Assembly: GCA_944359885.1 (NCBI GenBank)
Contig: CALVTC010000002.1
Coordinates: forward strand, 1 to 48,796
From: an uncultured Bacilli bacterium
GTDB taxonomy: Bacteria; Bacillota_I; Bacilli_A; RF39; UBA660
Direction of reading: 5' to 3'
DNA length: 48,796 nt
Below are positions 36,565 through 46,298 of this stretch, one piece after another. A model generated the notes under the pieces. It was given only the letters and a program-made list of their open reading frames with translations. It was not told the DNA's origin and made no database searches. Within the stretch, counting starts at the first letter, position 1; each line of letters begins with the position of its first letter. Position numbers and translations under genes: made by a program.

Positions 36565-37239
36565 ATGAAAATATTAGTTGTAGATGACGAAACTATGATT
36601 CGTGAAGTCATCAAAGAATATTGTGCTGCTAATCACTTTACAACAGACGAAGCAGCGAGTGGAAAAGAAGCTTTAAAAAAGCTAGAAACCAATACTTATG
36701 ATTTAATGGTATTAGATATAATGATGCCAGAAATGGACGGTTATACATTACTAGAAGAACTTCCAAAAGAAAAGAAAATCCCAACTCTTGTACTATCAGC
36801 AAGAGGAGAAGAAATTGATAAACTTCGTGGATTTGAATTAGGAATTGACGACTATTTAACCAAACCATTCTCACCAAAGGAGTTAATAGCTCGTATTAAA
36901 GCAATATATAATCGTACCAACCAAAATTTACCCAATATATATAAACTCAATACTCTCGAACTTAACTTTTCTGCTCATACATTAAAAATCGATAATAAAC
37001 TAATAAATGTTACTCCGAAAGAATTTGAAATCCTTACCTACCTAATTAAAAACAAAGGAATTGCCATATCAAGAGAACAATTATTATCTAGATTATGGGG
37101 TTATGATTACTTCGGCGATGATAGAACAATTGATACTCACATCAAAATGCTTCGTAATAATCTAGGAGAATATAGAAATCACATCGTAACAGTTAGAGGC
37201 ACAGGATATAAATTTGTAGAAAACAATGAAGAAGAATAG
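36565..37239 (+). CDS. OmpR-family response regulator
   Basis: Receiver domain (DD..., phospho-acceptor in LMVLDIMMPEMDG, KPF) plus a winged-helix output domain (LTPKEFEILTYL, RTIDTHIKMLRNNL, VRGTGYKF). SD GGGAGGGA. Confidence 0.9.
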   Translation: MKILVVDDETMIREVIKEYCAANHFTTDEAASGKEALKKLETNTYDLMVLDIMMPEMDGYTLLEELPKEKKIPTLVLSARGEEIDKLRGFELGIDDYLTKPFSPKELIARIKAIYNRTNQNLPNIYKLNTLELNFSAHTLKIDNKLINVTPKEFEILTYLIKNKGIAISREQLLSRLWGYDYFGDDRTIDTHIKMLRNNLGEYRNHIVTVRGTGYKFVENNEEE

Positions 37240-38623
37240 TCTACATATTAAAATATGGCAATACTTTTTAATATTTTCCTTATTAATATTGGGATTCCTC
37301 TGGGCATTCCAAGTTCTTTTTTTGAACCAATTTTATCGTATGAGTAAAACCAAAGACATTGCGGAAGTTGCGAATACATTAATCAAATATAAAAACAGTC
37401 AAAATTTAGTAAGTATTATTGACCAAGAGGCAATGGATAATAGTGTTTGTGTAGAAATTGTTAATGAAAAAGCAAGTACCATTTATGCATCCGCCTATTT
37501 TGGAAAAGGTTGTGTTTCTGGAAAAGAACAAAATCTAGAATATAAATCTGATTTTATAAATAGTAATAAAAGAAGACAAACATATGAATTAATTAATCCA
37601 ATGTTTGATAATCGTACTTTAGTACAAGCAATTAAACTAGATTCCGAAAACTACGCATTTATCAATACATCAATGGATCCCATTGATGGAACAGTCCACA
37701 TTCTACAAACACAATTAATTTTTGTAACCATCATCGTCTTATTATTATCCTTCATTATTGCCTACTTCATCTCTCGTCATATTTCTAACCCAATCGTACA
37801 AATGAACAAAGCTGCTAAAACTTTAGCAGAAGGACAATTTAATATTTCTTTTAAATCTGATGAAGATATCAAAGAATTAGACGAACTTGCAACTACATTA
37901 AACTATGCAAAGGATGAACTTGCCAAAACAGATGAATTACGACAAGATTTAATGGCCAATGTTTCTCATGATCTAAAGACACCACTAACTATGATAAAAG
38001 CTTATGCTGAAATGAGTCGTGATCTTCATGCCAAAAACAAAAAGAAACAAGAAGAAGACATGAATATTATTATTAGTGAAGTAGATAGACTAACTATTTT
38101 AGTAAATGATATATTAGAATTATCTAGTATGCAGTCAAATATCAATGAGCTACAAAAAGAAGAATTTGACCTAATTCACTTAACCAAGGAAATACTCCAC
38201 CGCTATCAAGTATTACAAGAAACAGAAAACTACCAATTCGAATTTAACCATCAAGAAAAAGAACTAATGATATATGCTGATAAAAAGAAAATAGAACAAG
38301 TTATCTACAACCTAGTAAATAATGCAATAAATTATACTGGAGAAGATAACAAAGTTATCATAAATATTATATCAGAAGAAAAAGATATCCTAATAGAAAT
38401 AAAAGATACTGGTAAAGGAATTAAAGAAAGTGATTTACCATATATTTGGGATAAATACTATAAGAATAAGAAAAAACACAAAAGAAATTTAGTAGGAACA
38501 GGGCTTGGCCTTTCTATTGTAAAAAATGCCCTACAACTACATCATTATGAATTTGGAGTTACATCTGAAAAGAATAAAGGTTCTTGTTTCTATTTCAAAA
38601 TACCAATCACAAAAGAAAAATAA
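37226..38623 (+). CDS. Sensor histidine kinase (two TM helices, HAMP, HisKA, HATPase_c)
   Basis: H-box VSHDLKTPLT, N-box NLVNNAINYT, G-boxes DTGKGI and GTGLGLSIVK. 14-nt overlap with the regulator gene. Confidence 0.9.
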   Translation: MKKNSLHIKIWQYFLIFSLLILGFLWAFQVLFLNQFYRMSKTKDIAEVANTLIKYKNSQNLVSIIDQEAMDNSVCVEIVNEKASTIYASAYFGKGCVSGKEQNLEYKSDFINSNKRRQTYELINPMFDNRTLVQAIKLDSENYAFINTSMDPIDGTVHILQTQLIFVTIIVLLLSFIIAYFISRHISNPIVQMNKAAKTLAEGQFNISFKSDEDIKELDELATTLNYAKDELAKTDELRQDLMANVSHDLKTPLTMIKAYAEMSRDLHAKNKKKQEEDMNIIISEVDRLTILVNDILELSSMQSNINELQKEEFDLIHLTKEILHRYQVLQETENYQFEFNHQEKELMIYADKKKIEQVIYNLVNNAINYTGEDNKVIINIISEEKDILIEIKDTGKGIKESDLPYIWDKYYKNKKKHKRNLVGTGLGLSIVKNALQLHHYEFGVTSEKNKGSCFYFKIPITKEK

Positions 38624-38625
38624 AG

Positions 38626-38667
38626 AAATCCCAGTTGAATATTTATTCAATTGGGATTTTATATTTT
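38626..38667 (+). terminator. Terminator after the histidine kinase gene
   Basis: A 16-bp stem AAATCCCAGTTGAATA / TATTCAATTGGGATTT (one G-U pair) followed by a T-rich tract, beginning 3 nt after the stop. Confidence 0.7.
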
Positions 38668-38719
38668 AATATATAGTTTAATTTTTTAGCAACTATTCCA
38701 CTACTTTTCTGATACAAAA

Positions 38720-39643
38720 TTATATCTCACCATTTAGATATTTCTCATCTAAATCATCTAAAATATTGATTAATTTATCTCCGAAAGCTCTACACTCTCG
38801 AAAGACCTCATTAGTAGAAGAGTACAAATTATTAAACACAGTTCTTTCTAAAATAGGAATTAAAAGAATCTGATCACCAACAGTCACACGTAAAACCATT
38901 TCGTAGCAGCTACTTTTATTAGCAGTAATACGAGAACGTCTACTACTCTTCTTCTCTCTTACAACCATATCATCAAGTAACAATTCATAATTCTTAATAT
39001 CTTGAATCATATATTTTACATGAGACTCCTTAGTATGAAAAACAATTTCATTATGATCACCAATACTAATACCAGAACCAAGGGAATTTAAATAGAACGT
39101 TTTAGGATGTGCATTACAAAACATAGCTAACTTATTACGGATAACTTCACTTCGATAATTAACATCTAAAAACAACTTTTCAAACTGACTAACCGCATCC
39201 CCTAATCCATTAACCGTAAACAACATATTACCAAGTAAAATTACTTGACTCATAAGACCACTTTTAACAGGCGAAACACTAATACCCTGATACTGATATT
39301 TCAAATAAGTCTTATCAATAGGATTAATCAACCATAAAAAACTAGTAGTCGCAACAAAATAAAATTTAACACCACTCTTACACTCACTAGCATAAAAACA
39401 TTCTAAACATACTTCGTCAATCGGAATAAGACCTCGAATCACAACCGCATTTGCTTCATTTAAATCGGGACAAATTTCTTGTAATTGCTTATGACTAATA
39501 GTTAAGTTTTTCTTATCAATCGCCGTAAACGGATAAAACTCAGGAAGTAGAGCTACCTTACCAAGCAACTGATAATATAACTCATCCCCTTCTTGCATCT
39601 TCTTATACTTTTCTTGAATACCACTCCATAACTTTTGAAACAT
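38720..39643 (-). CDS. Hypothetical cytoplasmic protein (307 aa)
   Basis: Long ORF on the coding-dense strand. No TM segments and no family recognised by eye. It starts 148 nt downstream of helD. Confidence 0.55.
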   Translation of the reverse strand: MFQKLWSGIQEKYKKMQEGDELYYQLLGKVALLPEFYPFTAIDKKNLTISHKQLQEICPDLNEANAVVIRGLIPIDEVCLECFYASECKSGVKFYFVATTSFLWLINPIDKTYLKYQYQGISVSPVKSGLMSQVILLGNMLFTVNGLGDAVSQFEKLFLDVNYRSEVIRNKLAMFCNAHPKTFYLNSLGSGISIGDHNEIVFHTKESHVKYMIQDIKNYELLLDDMVVREKKSSRRSRITANKSSCYEMVLRVTVGDQILLIPILERTVFNNLYSSTNEVFRECRAFGDKLINILDDLDEKYLNGEI

Positions 39644-39791
39644 CTTTCTCTCTCCTCAATAAATATATTCAAAATATCCAATCTAACATATTTTCTACTC
39701 ATCATAAGTATATCAATAAATTATCAATTTTTCCACGCATTAAAACAAAAGATTACCCAGAAGGCAATCTCCATTATACAAATTTACTTAT

Positions 39792-41822
39792 CTAATTATA
39801 AATATAAAGTTCATGTTGTGCTCTTGTACACGCAACATATAATAAATTTCTCTCATTCCTTTTATAAGAATTATCTCTATCATTATATAAAATAACACTA
39901 TCAAACTCTAATCCCTTTGCTAAATATGCAGGCAACAAAACAAAACCCTTAGAAAAATTCTTCGTTTGCAAAGTAACATAAGAAACATCCACATCATCCT
40001 TAATAAGTGAATAAATTTTTTCTGCTTCTAAATCATCTTTAGTAATAATCGCAACACTAGCATATTCACCTCTTAAAGTTTTAACATCTTTTAATAATTG
40101 TTCTTTTAAATCTTCTAAATGTCTTCTAAAAACAATAGGTTTATGATTATCCCTACGAATAGCATTTACATGATGCAAATTTAATATCTTATTTGTATAT
40201 TCTATAATTTCTGGAGAAGACCGATATGTTTTTAAAAGTTCAATATACTTGCTTTCATTTTTTAAAAGTGGTCTTAACTCTTCTAAAGATTCATAATGAT
40301 AATAAGGATTAATATTTTGATTAACATCACCTAAAATAGTAAAATCTGCCTTCCTAAATATTTTAGAAATAATAATATATTGAAGTTTATTATAATCTTG
40401 TGCTTCATCAATTACTACTTGCTTAATCTGACCTTCGTATGGAAATCCATCCAAAATACCTTTCATATAAGAAAATAATAAAGCATCTTCATAATAAATA
40501 ATTTTTCGTTTAATAAACTGATTAATTTCTCGTTCTGTTAAACTTATCTTACAATAAGGACTAAGATAAAATCCATGATAGATTTCCTTAAAATCTCGTT
40601 TAAAATTAGCATGTTCTCTTAATAATTTACGAAATGTTCCTCTCTTTTTCCCACTACCCTCATAAAAATTAGAAGAAAGTCTCTTAGCAAGTTCCTCAAC
40701 TCTTTCAAATAAAGGAAGTCTATCATATTTATGATGAAGCAAATCATTTAATTCATCTTTATCTACATAATGAATTTCTCCCTCATAAAACGATTCTATA
40801 AATTTAGCATTAGAAATATAATCCTCTAAATACTGATCAAAGTCATGAATAATTTCATCACTTTGCTTATACTTAATTAATTCTATATTAGGTACTTGAT
40901 ATGTATAATATCTCGCAACAAAATCAGTAAAAGCCTCTACTTCCTTATATTCTGTAATAGAAAAAGATAAATAGTCATTAAAAGTAGTTTGTAATGTATT
41001 ATCTTCACCTAAAGATGGTAAAACATCTGAAATATACTCTGTAAAAATAGGATTAGGTGAAAAAATTAAAATATGATTACTAGACAAATTTTTCAAACGA
41101 TATAAAAGAAAAGCAATTCTATGAAGAGCAACCGTTGTTTTACCAGATCCAGCAATACCTTGAACAATTAAATTATGATCTTCAAGATTACGAATCACTT
41201 GATTTTGTTCTTGTTGAATTGTATTGACAACATTCTGCATCTTATCGCTAGATTCATGTGCCAAAACATCTTGTAATACCTCATCATCAATATTTAACGA
41301 ATTATCAAATACTCCAAGTAACCTCCCACATTCAATCTTATATTGCCTTTTCCTCTTTAATTCACCCCTATATTCACCACCTGGTGCAGTATATGAGCAT
41401 GGACCTACTTCATAGTCATAAAACAAACTACAAATAGGACTTCTCCAATCATATAAAATATTATTAAAGTTATCATCTTTCAAATAAGTAAGAGAAATAT
41501 AAATATTCCATATTTTATTAAATTCATCTTTAAATACAATAGATGCAAAATATGGTTTATTTTTTATTTGGTTTAATCTTTTAAAATACTGTCTTTTTTG
41601 TAATACCCTCTCTGCCTCTTGACTAGTAGCAGCCATCACCTGATTCATTTCTCCCTTATCAAAACTACTAGCATTTTCCCAAAGCATCTTTTTAAATTCT
41701 GTAAAATCTTCTTCATCTTGAAAAACATCTCCACCAAGAGACTCTAAAGTTTCTCCTAGCAATTGACGAACTTTAGCTAAAATTACTTCTTCTTTTTCAT
41801 ACTCTTCTTTTGTAACTGCCAT
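39792..41822 (-). CDS. helD: HelD-type (helicase IV-like, UvrD superfamily 1) RNA polymerase-associated ATPase
   Basis: 676 aa. N-terminal coiled-coil, the KPYFASIVF ... LYDWRSPICSLFYDYE block characteristic of HelD, Walker A GIAGSGKTTVALHRIAFLLY, VVIDEAQDY, and C-terminal LLYVACTRAQHELYIY. Confidence 0.85.
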   Translation of the reverse strand: MAVTKEEYEKEEVILAKVRQLLGETLESLGGDVFQDEEDFTEFKKMLWENASSFDKGEMNQVMAATSQEAERVLQKRQYFKRLNQIKNKPYFASIVFKDEFNKIWNIYISLTYLKDDNFNNILYDWRSPICSLFYDYEVGPCSYTAPGGEYRGELKRKRQYKIECGRLLGVFDNSLNIDDEVLQDVLAHESSDKMQNVVNTIQQEQNQVIRNLEDHNLIVQGIAGSGKTTVALHRIAFLLYRLKNLSSNHILIFSPNPIFTEYISDVLPSLGEDNTLQTTFNDYLSFSITEYKEVEAFTDFVARYYTYQVPNIELIKYKQSDEIIHDFDQYLEDYISNAKFIESFYEGEIHYVDKDELNDLLHHKYDRLPLFERVEELAKRLSSNFYEGSGKKRGTFRKLLREHANFKRDFKEIYHGFYLSPYCKISLTEREINQFIKRKIIYYEDALLFSYMKGILDGFPYEGQIKQVVIDEAQDYNKLQYIIISKIFRKADFTILGDVNQNINPYYHYESLEELRPLLKNESKYIELLKTYRSSPEIIEYTNKILNLHHVNAIRRDNHKPIVFRRHLEDLKEQLLKDVKTLRGEYASVAIITKDDLEAEKIYSLIKDDVDVSYVTLQTKNFSKGFVLLPAYLAKGLEFDSVILYNDRDNSYKRNERNLLYVACTRAQHELYIYN

Positions 41823-42012
41823 ATTACCTCCTATTTATTCTTTAAAAACCAAGCAACAACAAAAAACCACATAAGTTATGTAGTTATTATACTACTATGT
41901 GATTTTTAAGCTAACGTCTATTTCACTATAGCATAAAAGAGATTTTGTTTCAAGAAAATTTTATTGAGATTAGTTGCTGAAAACTCATCTCTTTTTAATC
42001 TCTGATACTGGA

Positions 42013-42438
42013 CTAATATGTTTTTTCTTTTACCATACTTTTATCATAAAACGTTACTTTCATAATTTCAGCAATATTTTCATCTTTTGTTCCAATTAGT
42101 TTTTCTACACTTGGTAATTCATAAAAAGCTACTGTATTTTCTAGACTAAAATCAATCTCTGTTTGTGAACATAAAAATAACCTTTTTCCTAATGCTAATG
42201 CCATACCTAATTCAATATGAGCACCTCTTCCAGCCGGTAATAAAATAATTACTACATCGGCATCCACTATACCTTGTTTTTCTAATGTTGCATATTCCTT
42301 CATATCTTCCATTGAAACATCACCATTTACATTCCCTACCCAGTCATAAGTTTGATGCCATCCATATTCTTTTAATCTCTCTGCATAATAAGTTACCAAT
42401 TCACAATTCTTCATTCCGGATCCAACATAAAAATTCAT
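42013..42438 (-). CDS. Nucleoside 2-deoxyribosyltransferase-like (Rossmann-like) protein
   Basis: 141 aa. N-terminal MNFYVGSG and ADVVIILLPAGRGAHIELGMALALGK resemble the NDT-like pattern (the catalytic Glu in ..G...ELG.A...GK). Assignment is by eye only. Confidence 0.45.
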   Translation of the reverse strand: MNFYVGSGMKNCELVTYYAERLKEYGWHQTYDWVGNVNGDVSMEDMKEYATLEKQGIVDADVVIILLPAGRGAHIELGMALALGKRLFLCSQTEIDFSLENTVAFYELPSVEKLIGTKDENIAEIMKVTFYDKSMVKEKTY

Positions 42439-42505
42439 CTGTTTATCACTTCCTCTTAAATATACTATAAAACCAATACAAAAATGTACTGGTCTTAATC
42501 ATTTA

Positions 42506-43879
42506 TTATTTTAGTAAATCTTGTAAAATAGTTGTAAATTCATTTTGTAATTCTTCTAATCTTTCATGAGTCCTCGCTTCAAATCTAGCTGTAATATTAG
42601 GTCCAGTATTACTAGCACGTACTAGAGCCCAACCATCTTCAAATAATACTTTAACACCATCAATATCTAAATACTTATATACTTTGCCTTTAGCATACTC
42701 TCTTATTTTTTCTACAATACCAAATTTAATGTCATCACTTACTTTAAACTTTAATTCAGGTGTTGAGTAATAAACTGGTATCCCTAAAGCAAGTTCATCT
42801 ACAGTTTTTTCGGTATGAGATAATATTTCTAACATACGAAGTCCAGCATAAAGTCCAGAGTCAAATCCTGGAAAACGGTCTCTAAAATACACATGGCCTG
42901 ATAACTCTCCACCAAATGGTAAATCTAAATTTTTAACAGCCGCTTTTGTATAAGAGTTACCCGTACGATAACAAATTCCTTTACCACCTAAACGCTCTAT
43001 TTCATCTTCCAAGGCCTTAGAACATTTAACATCATACAAGAACTCCTTTTTATCTACTTTATTTATAATATCCCTAATAATTAATATCATATATAAATCT
43101 GTTGGTAAAAACCTAGCAGAATTGGTCACCATTCCCATACGATCCCCATCTCCATCAAACGATAGACCAATATCAGCATTCTCTTCTAAAACTTTTTCTT
43201 TTAACTGCTTTAAGTTTTCTTCTACACAAGGATCTGGATGATGATTAGGGAAATGTCCATCACTTTCTCCATTTATTACAATCAAATCCATTGGAAACAT
43301 TTCATATAATTCTTTCGCTATAATACTTGTTGTTCCATTTCCTGGATCAATTACTACTTTTAGACGGCGTGGTCCAAAATGAAGATTATTTCTAAATAAT
43401 TCTAAATATTCTGGTTCTATATTATACATAGATAAAGACCCATTTCCGTGTTGAAATTTTCCTCGTAAAATATAAGCTAAAAAATCTTGTATTTCTTGCC
43501 CTTTACAATTACCACTTTCATCAAAAGCGAACTTAAATCCATTATCATCTTTTGGATTATGAGATGCCGTTACCATTACTCCACTATAGATTTGCAATTT
43601 AATACAAGCATAATAATACATAGGCGTGGTACAAAGACCTAATCCAACAACATCAATACCAGTAGATAAAATCCCTTTTGTCAAAGCATCATATAACTTT
43701 GGACTACTAAGGCGATTATCATGACCAATAATACAAGTACTCCTACCTTGTTCTCTAATATAACTACCAAAACCTAGTCCAATCGTATAAGCAGTATCTT
43801 CATCTATTTCACTAGGATAAACTCCTCTAATATCATATCCCCTAAATATATTTTTGTTTATATTTTCTTTATATTTCAT
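42506..43879 (-). CDS. Phosphoglucomutase/phosphomannomutase family protein
   Basis: 457 aa. Active-site TASHNPKDDNGFK, metal loop FDGDGDR and sugar-binding GELSGH. Confidence 0.85.
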   Translation of the reverse strand: MKYKENINKNIFRGYDIRGVYPSEIDEDTAYTIGLGFGSYIREQGRSTCIIGHDNRLSSPKLYDALTKGILSTGIDVVGLGLCTTPMYYYACIKLQIYSGVMVTASHNPKDDNGFKFAFDESGNCKGQEIQDFLAYILRGKFQHGNGSLSMYNIEPEYLELFRNNLHFGPRRLKVVIDPGNGTTSIIAKELYEMFPMDLIVINGESDGHFPNHHPDPCVEENLKQLKEKVLEENADIGLSFDGDGDRMGMVTNSARFLPTDLYMILIIRDIINKVDKKEFLYDVKCSKALEDEIERLGGKGICYRTGNSYTKAAVKNLDLPFGGELSGHVYFRDRFPGFDSGLYAGLRMLEILSHTEKTVDELALGIPVYYSTPELKFKVSDDIKFGIVEKIREYAKGKVYKYLDIDGVKVLFEDGWALVRASNTGPNITARFEARTHERLEELQNEFTTILQDLLK

Positions 43880-43931
43880 ATTACCCTCCTACTTACAAGT
43901 ATATCATACTCCAAAAGAAAAAACATCCGAA

Positions 43932-44699
43932 TTATCGCATGCTTTCCTTTTCTTTCTTTTGTCGTTGCTTAGCCTTTAATTTTTGAATTTTAACTTCTCT
44001 TTTAGTAGTATCAAAAAGCTCTAAGAACTCACGAAATTTCTTATTTGCATGATATGTTGCAGTAGGAAACGCCTTTAAAAGACGAGAAGTTAAAAGTGTA
44101 TGTTTACGAATTGCTTTCAAAACTTCCTCTTTCACAGTAGCAGTTGCATCTACACCTACATATTTATTCAAATTAATTTTTAATCGTGAAGTAATATAAC
44201 AAGACTCTATAACATCCACCATAAAGATAGTAAACAAAATAACAGCAATACAAATTGTAATAGTACTAGATGGTAAATAAACAATCCAAGATAAGAATGG
44301 ATGAACCACTTTAACAACAACGATACCACCTAATCCAAACAAAATAGAATTAAAAAGACAAATTCGCCCATTTAAATTAAATTTTTCTTTAGAATAATCC
44401 CACCAACGTAATTTAAAAATCTTCTCCATTAATAAACTAGTAAGATATTCCAGTAAAGAACAATAAAAGGCACTCATAATAAATAAAGCAACTAAATCAT
44501 CTTGATACCGAGATAAAAATAACACCATAATAAGACAACCAAAACCATAAATTGGTAAATAAGGTCCAATCAAAAATCCCCGGTTAAAAACAACCTTTTT
44601 AGATTTTAAACTACAGCTAATTATCTCAGCAATATATCCTAAAATAGAATATAATAAAAACAAAATAAACCAAAAAGATATATTATATAACATAAACAA
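43932..44699 (-). CDS. Polytopic membrane protein (putative ABC-transporter type IV / DUF1113-like)
   Basis: 255 aa. The N-terminal pattern FLLYSILGYIAEIISCSL....V.NRGFLIGPYLPIYGFG is typical of that family by eye. The C-terminal tail is basic. Confidence 0.55.
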   Translation of the reverse strand: MFMLYNISFWFILFLLYSILGYIAEIISCSLKSKKVVFNRGFLIGPYLPIYGFGCLIMVLFLSRYQDDLVALFIMSAFYCSLLEYLTSLLMEKIFKLRWWDYSKEKFNLNGRICLFNSILFGLGGIVVVKVVHPFLSWIVYLPSSTITICIAVILFTIFMVDVIESCYITSRLKINLNKYVGVDATATVKEEVLKAIRKHTLLTSRLLKAFPTATYHANKKFREFLELFDTTKREVKIQKLKAKQRQKKEKESMR

Positions 44700-44702
44700 C
44701 CC

Positions 44703-45464
44703 CTAAATAATTAAAGATAATACCATAATAAGGATTCCTAACAAAATTCCAAAATTTCTTTCAGATTGAAATTTGCTCTTACGAATTCTTGGCCACAATT
44801 CAGAAAACAAAATGAAAAGTAACATTCCAAGTGTAAGAGACAATAAACTTCCTAATACCCATTCTGGTATCACTTGATTACTGAAAAGAAGTCCAAAACA
44901 TCCACCTACTAAAGTAGATAAACTAACAGCTCCAATTGATAGCCACACTTTAGAAGACTTTTGTCCACCTTGATAGAAAGTCGTTGCAATAACCATTCCC
45001 AGTGGCAAATTATGAAAACCAATTCCAATTGCCAAAATCAAACCAGTACTAACATTACTAAGTACAGTAGAATATACGGCCATTCCCTCAATAATATTAT
45101 GAATAATAAGAGCAATAGAAGAAATAATTCCAATATGTGCCAGATTACTATTAGATTCAGCCTTCGTCATTCTATCATGCTCATGATGGTCAGGAATAAA
45201 GTGATCAAGTCCTCTTAATACACCATATCCTAAAACAACAAAAATCAAAAACAACCAAATATAGCGAAGCCCAAGATGTTCAATTATTTCAGGAATCAAA
45301 TCCAAAACAATTAACATAATAATAACACTAAAAGCAAGTCCTAAAGAAAAATCAATAATTTGCCCTTTCTTATTCGCTAGAAAAGCAACCATTGCCCCAA
45401 TTAAAACAAAAATTCCTAATAAAAATGTAATTAATAATCCGATCCATTCTACACGCATTTGCAT
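44703..45464 (-). CDS. ZIP-family divalent metal transporter (ZupT-like)
   Basis: 253 aa with about 8 TM helices. HNIIEGMAV and GFHNLPLGM motifs plus a His-rich loop (DHHEHD). Confidence 0.8.
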   Translation of the reverse strand: MQMRVEWIGLLITFLLGIFVLIGAMVAFLANKKGQIIDFSLGLAFSVIIMLIVLDLIPEIIEHLGLRYIWLFLIFVVLGYGVLRGLDHFIPDHHEHDRMTKAESNSNLAHIGIISSIALIIHNIIEGMAVYSTVLSNVSTGLILAIGIGFHNLPLGMVIATTFYQGGQKSSKVWLSIGAVSLSTLVGGCFGLLFSNQVIPEWVLGSLLSLTLGMLLFILFSELWPRIRKSKFQSERNFGILLGILIMVLSLII

Positions 45465-45468
45465 CCAC

Positions 45469-46284
45469 CTATCTTATAAAAATATAAACCAAAACAATTA
45501 CAGCCAAAACCACCCTATAAATCATAAATATCTTAAAATTATGTTTTTGTAAATATTTAAGTAAATATTTAATACATAACAAGCCAATAACAAAAGATAC
45601 TAAGATTCCTGAAATAAAGGTACCAAGATTCGCCATAATAACACTCCAAGCACTACCTTTAATTAATTGTAACACAACTGCGCCTAAAACAACAGGGGCA
45701 CTTAGGAAAAAAGAAAATTTTGCAGCACTTTCCCTATCTAGTCCCAAGACTCTTCCACAAGCTATTGTCGTACCACTACGAGAAAAACCAGGGATAAGTG
45801 CAAATACTTGACTGCATCCAATAATAACAGCATCCTTTAAAGTCATTTCCTTAATACCTTTAGACTGCTTACTATACTTATCTGCAAGATAAATAATAAT
45901 ACCCATAAAAGCCAACGCTAATGCAATAACAACATAATTAGAACGAATAATCTTTTCTATAGACTCTTCAAAAAGAACTCCAACAATCGCAGCAGGAATT
46001 GTTGCTGCTACCAAATACCATAAGATTTTTCCTTCATCATCTTTAACGCCTTTCGTAAATCCTTTTTGAATCATCCGAATAAATTCCCAGAAGAAAAAAA
46101 CTCCAATAGCAAGTAAAGTACCAAAATGTAAAGCAATATCAAAAGTAAGCTCCATATTAGCACTCATTCCCGCTCCTATACCAAAGATATCTCTAAAAAT
46201 AATTAAATGTGCTGATGATGAAATTGGTAAAAATTCCGCAATCCCCTGAATAAATCCCAAAATTAAAATCTCAATAATATCCAT
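45469..46284 (-). CDS. uppP: Undecaprenyl-diphosphate phosphatase
   Basis: 271 aa. GIAEFLPISSSAHL and PGFSRSGTTI motifs. Confidence 0.9.
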   Translation of the reverse strand: MDIIEILILGFIQGIAEFLPISSSAHLIIFRDIFGIGAGMSANMELTFDIALHFGTLLAIGVFFFWEFIRMIQKGFTKGVKDDEGKILWYLVAATIPAAIVGVLFEESIEKIIRSNYVVIALALAFMGIIIYLADKYSKQSKGIKEMTLKDAVIIGCSQVFALIPGFSRSGTTIACGRVLGLDRESAAKFSFFLSAPVVLGAVVLQLIKGSAWSVIMANLGTFISGILVSFVIGLLCIKYLLKYLQKHNFKIFMIYRVVLAVIVLVYIFIR

Positions 46285-46298
46285 GCTATTCTCCTCAA

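Noticed and set aside
39635-39895. An 86-aa plus-strand ORF spanning the helD / 307-aa gene intergenic region.
   Set aside because: The translation is extremely AT-rich and I/L/K/Y/N-dominated. It overlaps the ends of both neighbouring minus-strand genes and has no SD.
41823-42012. Imperfect nested hairpins and a 9-bp inverted repeat (AAAAGAGAT / ATCTCTTTT, ~43-nt loop) between the NDT-like gene and helD, considered as a riboswitch or small RNA.
   Set aside because: The stems are short, AT-rich and interrupted, and I recognise no conserved riboswitch motif. They most likely reflect a weak terminator plus the helD promoter region.
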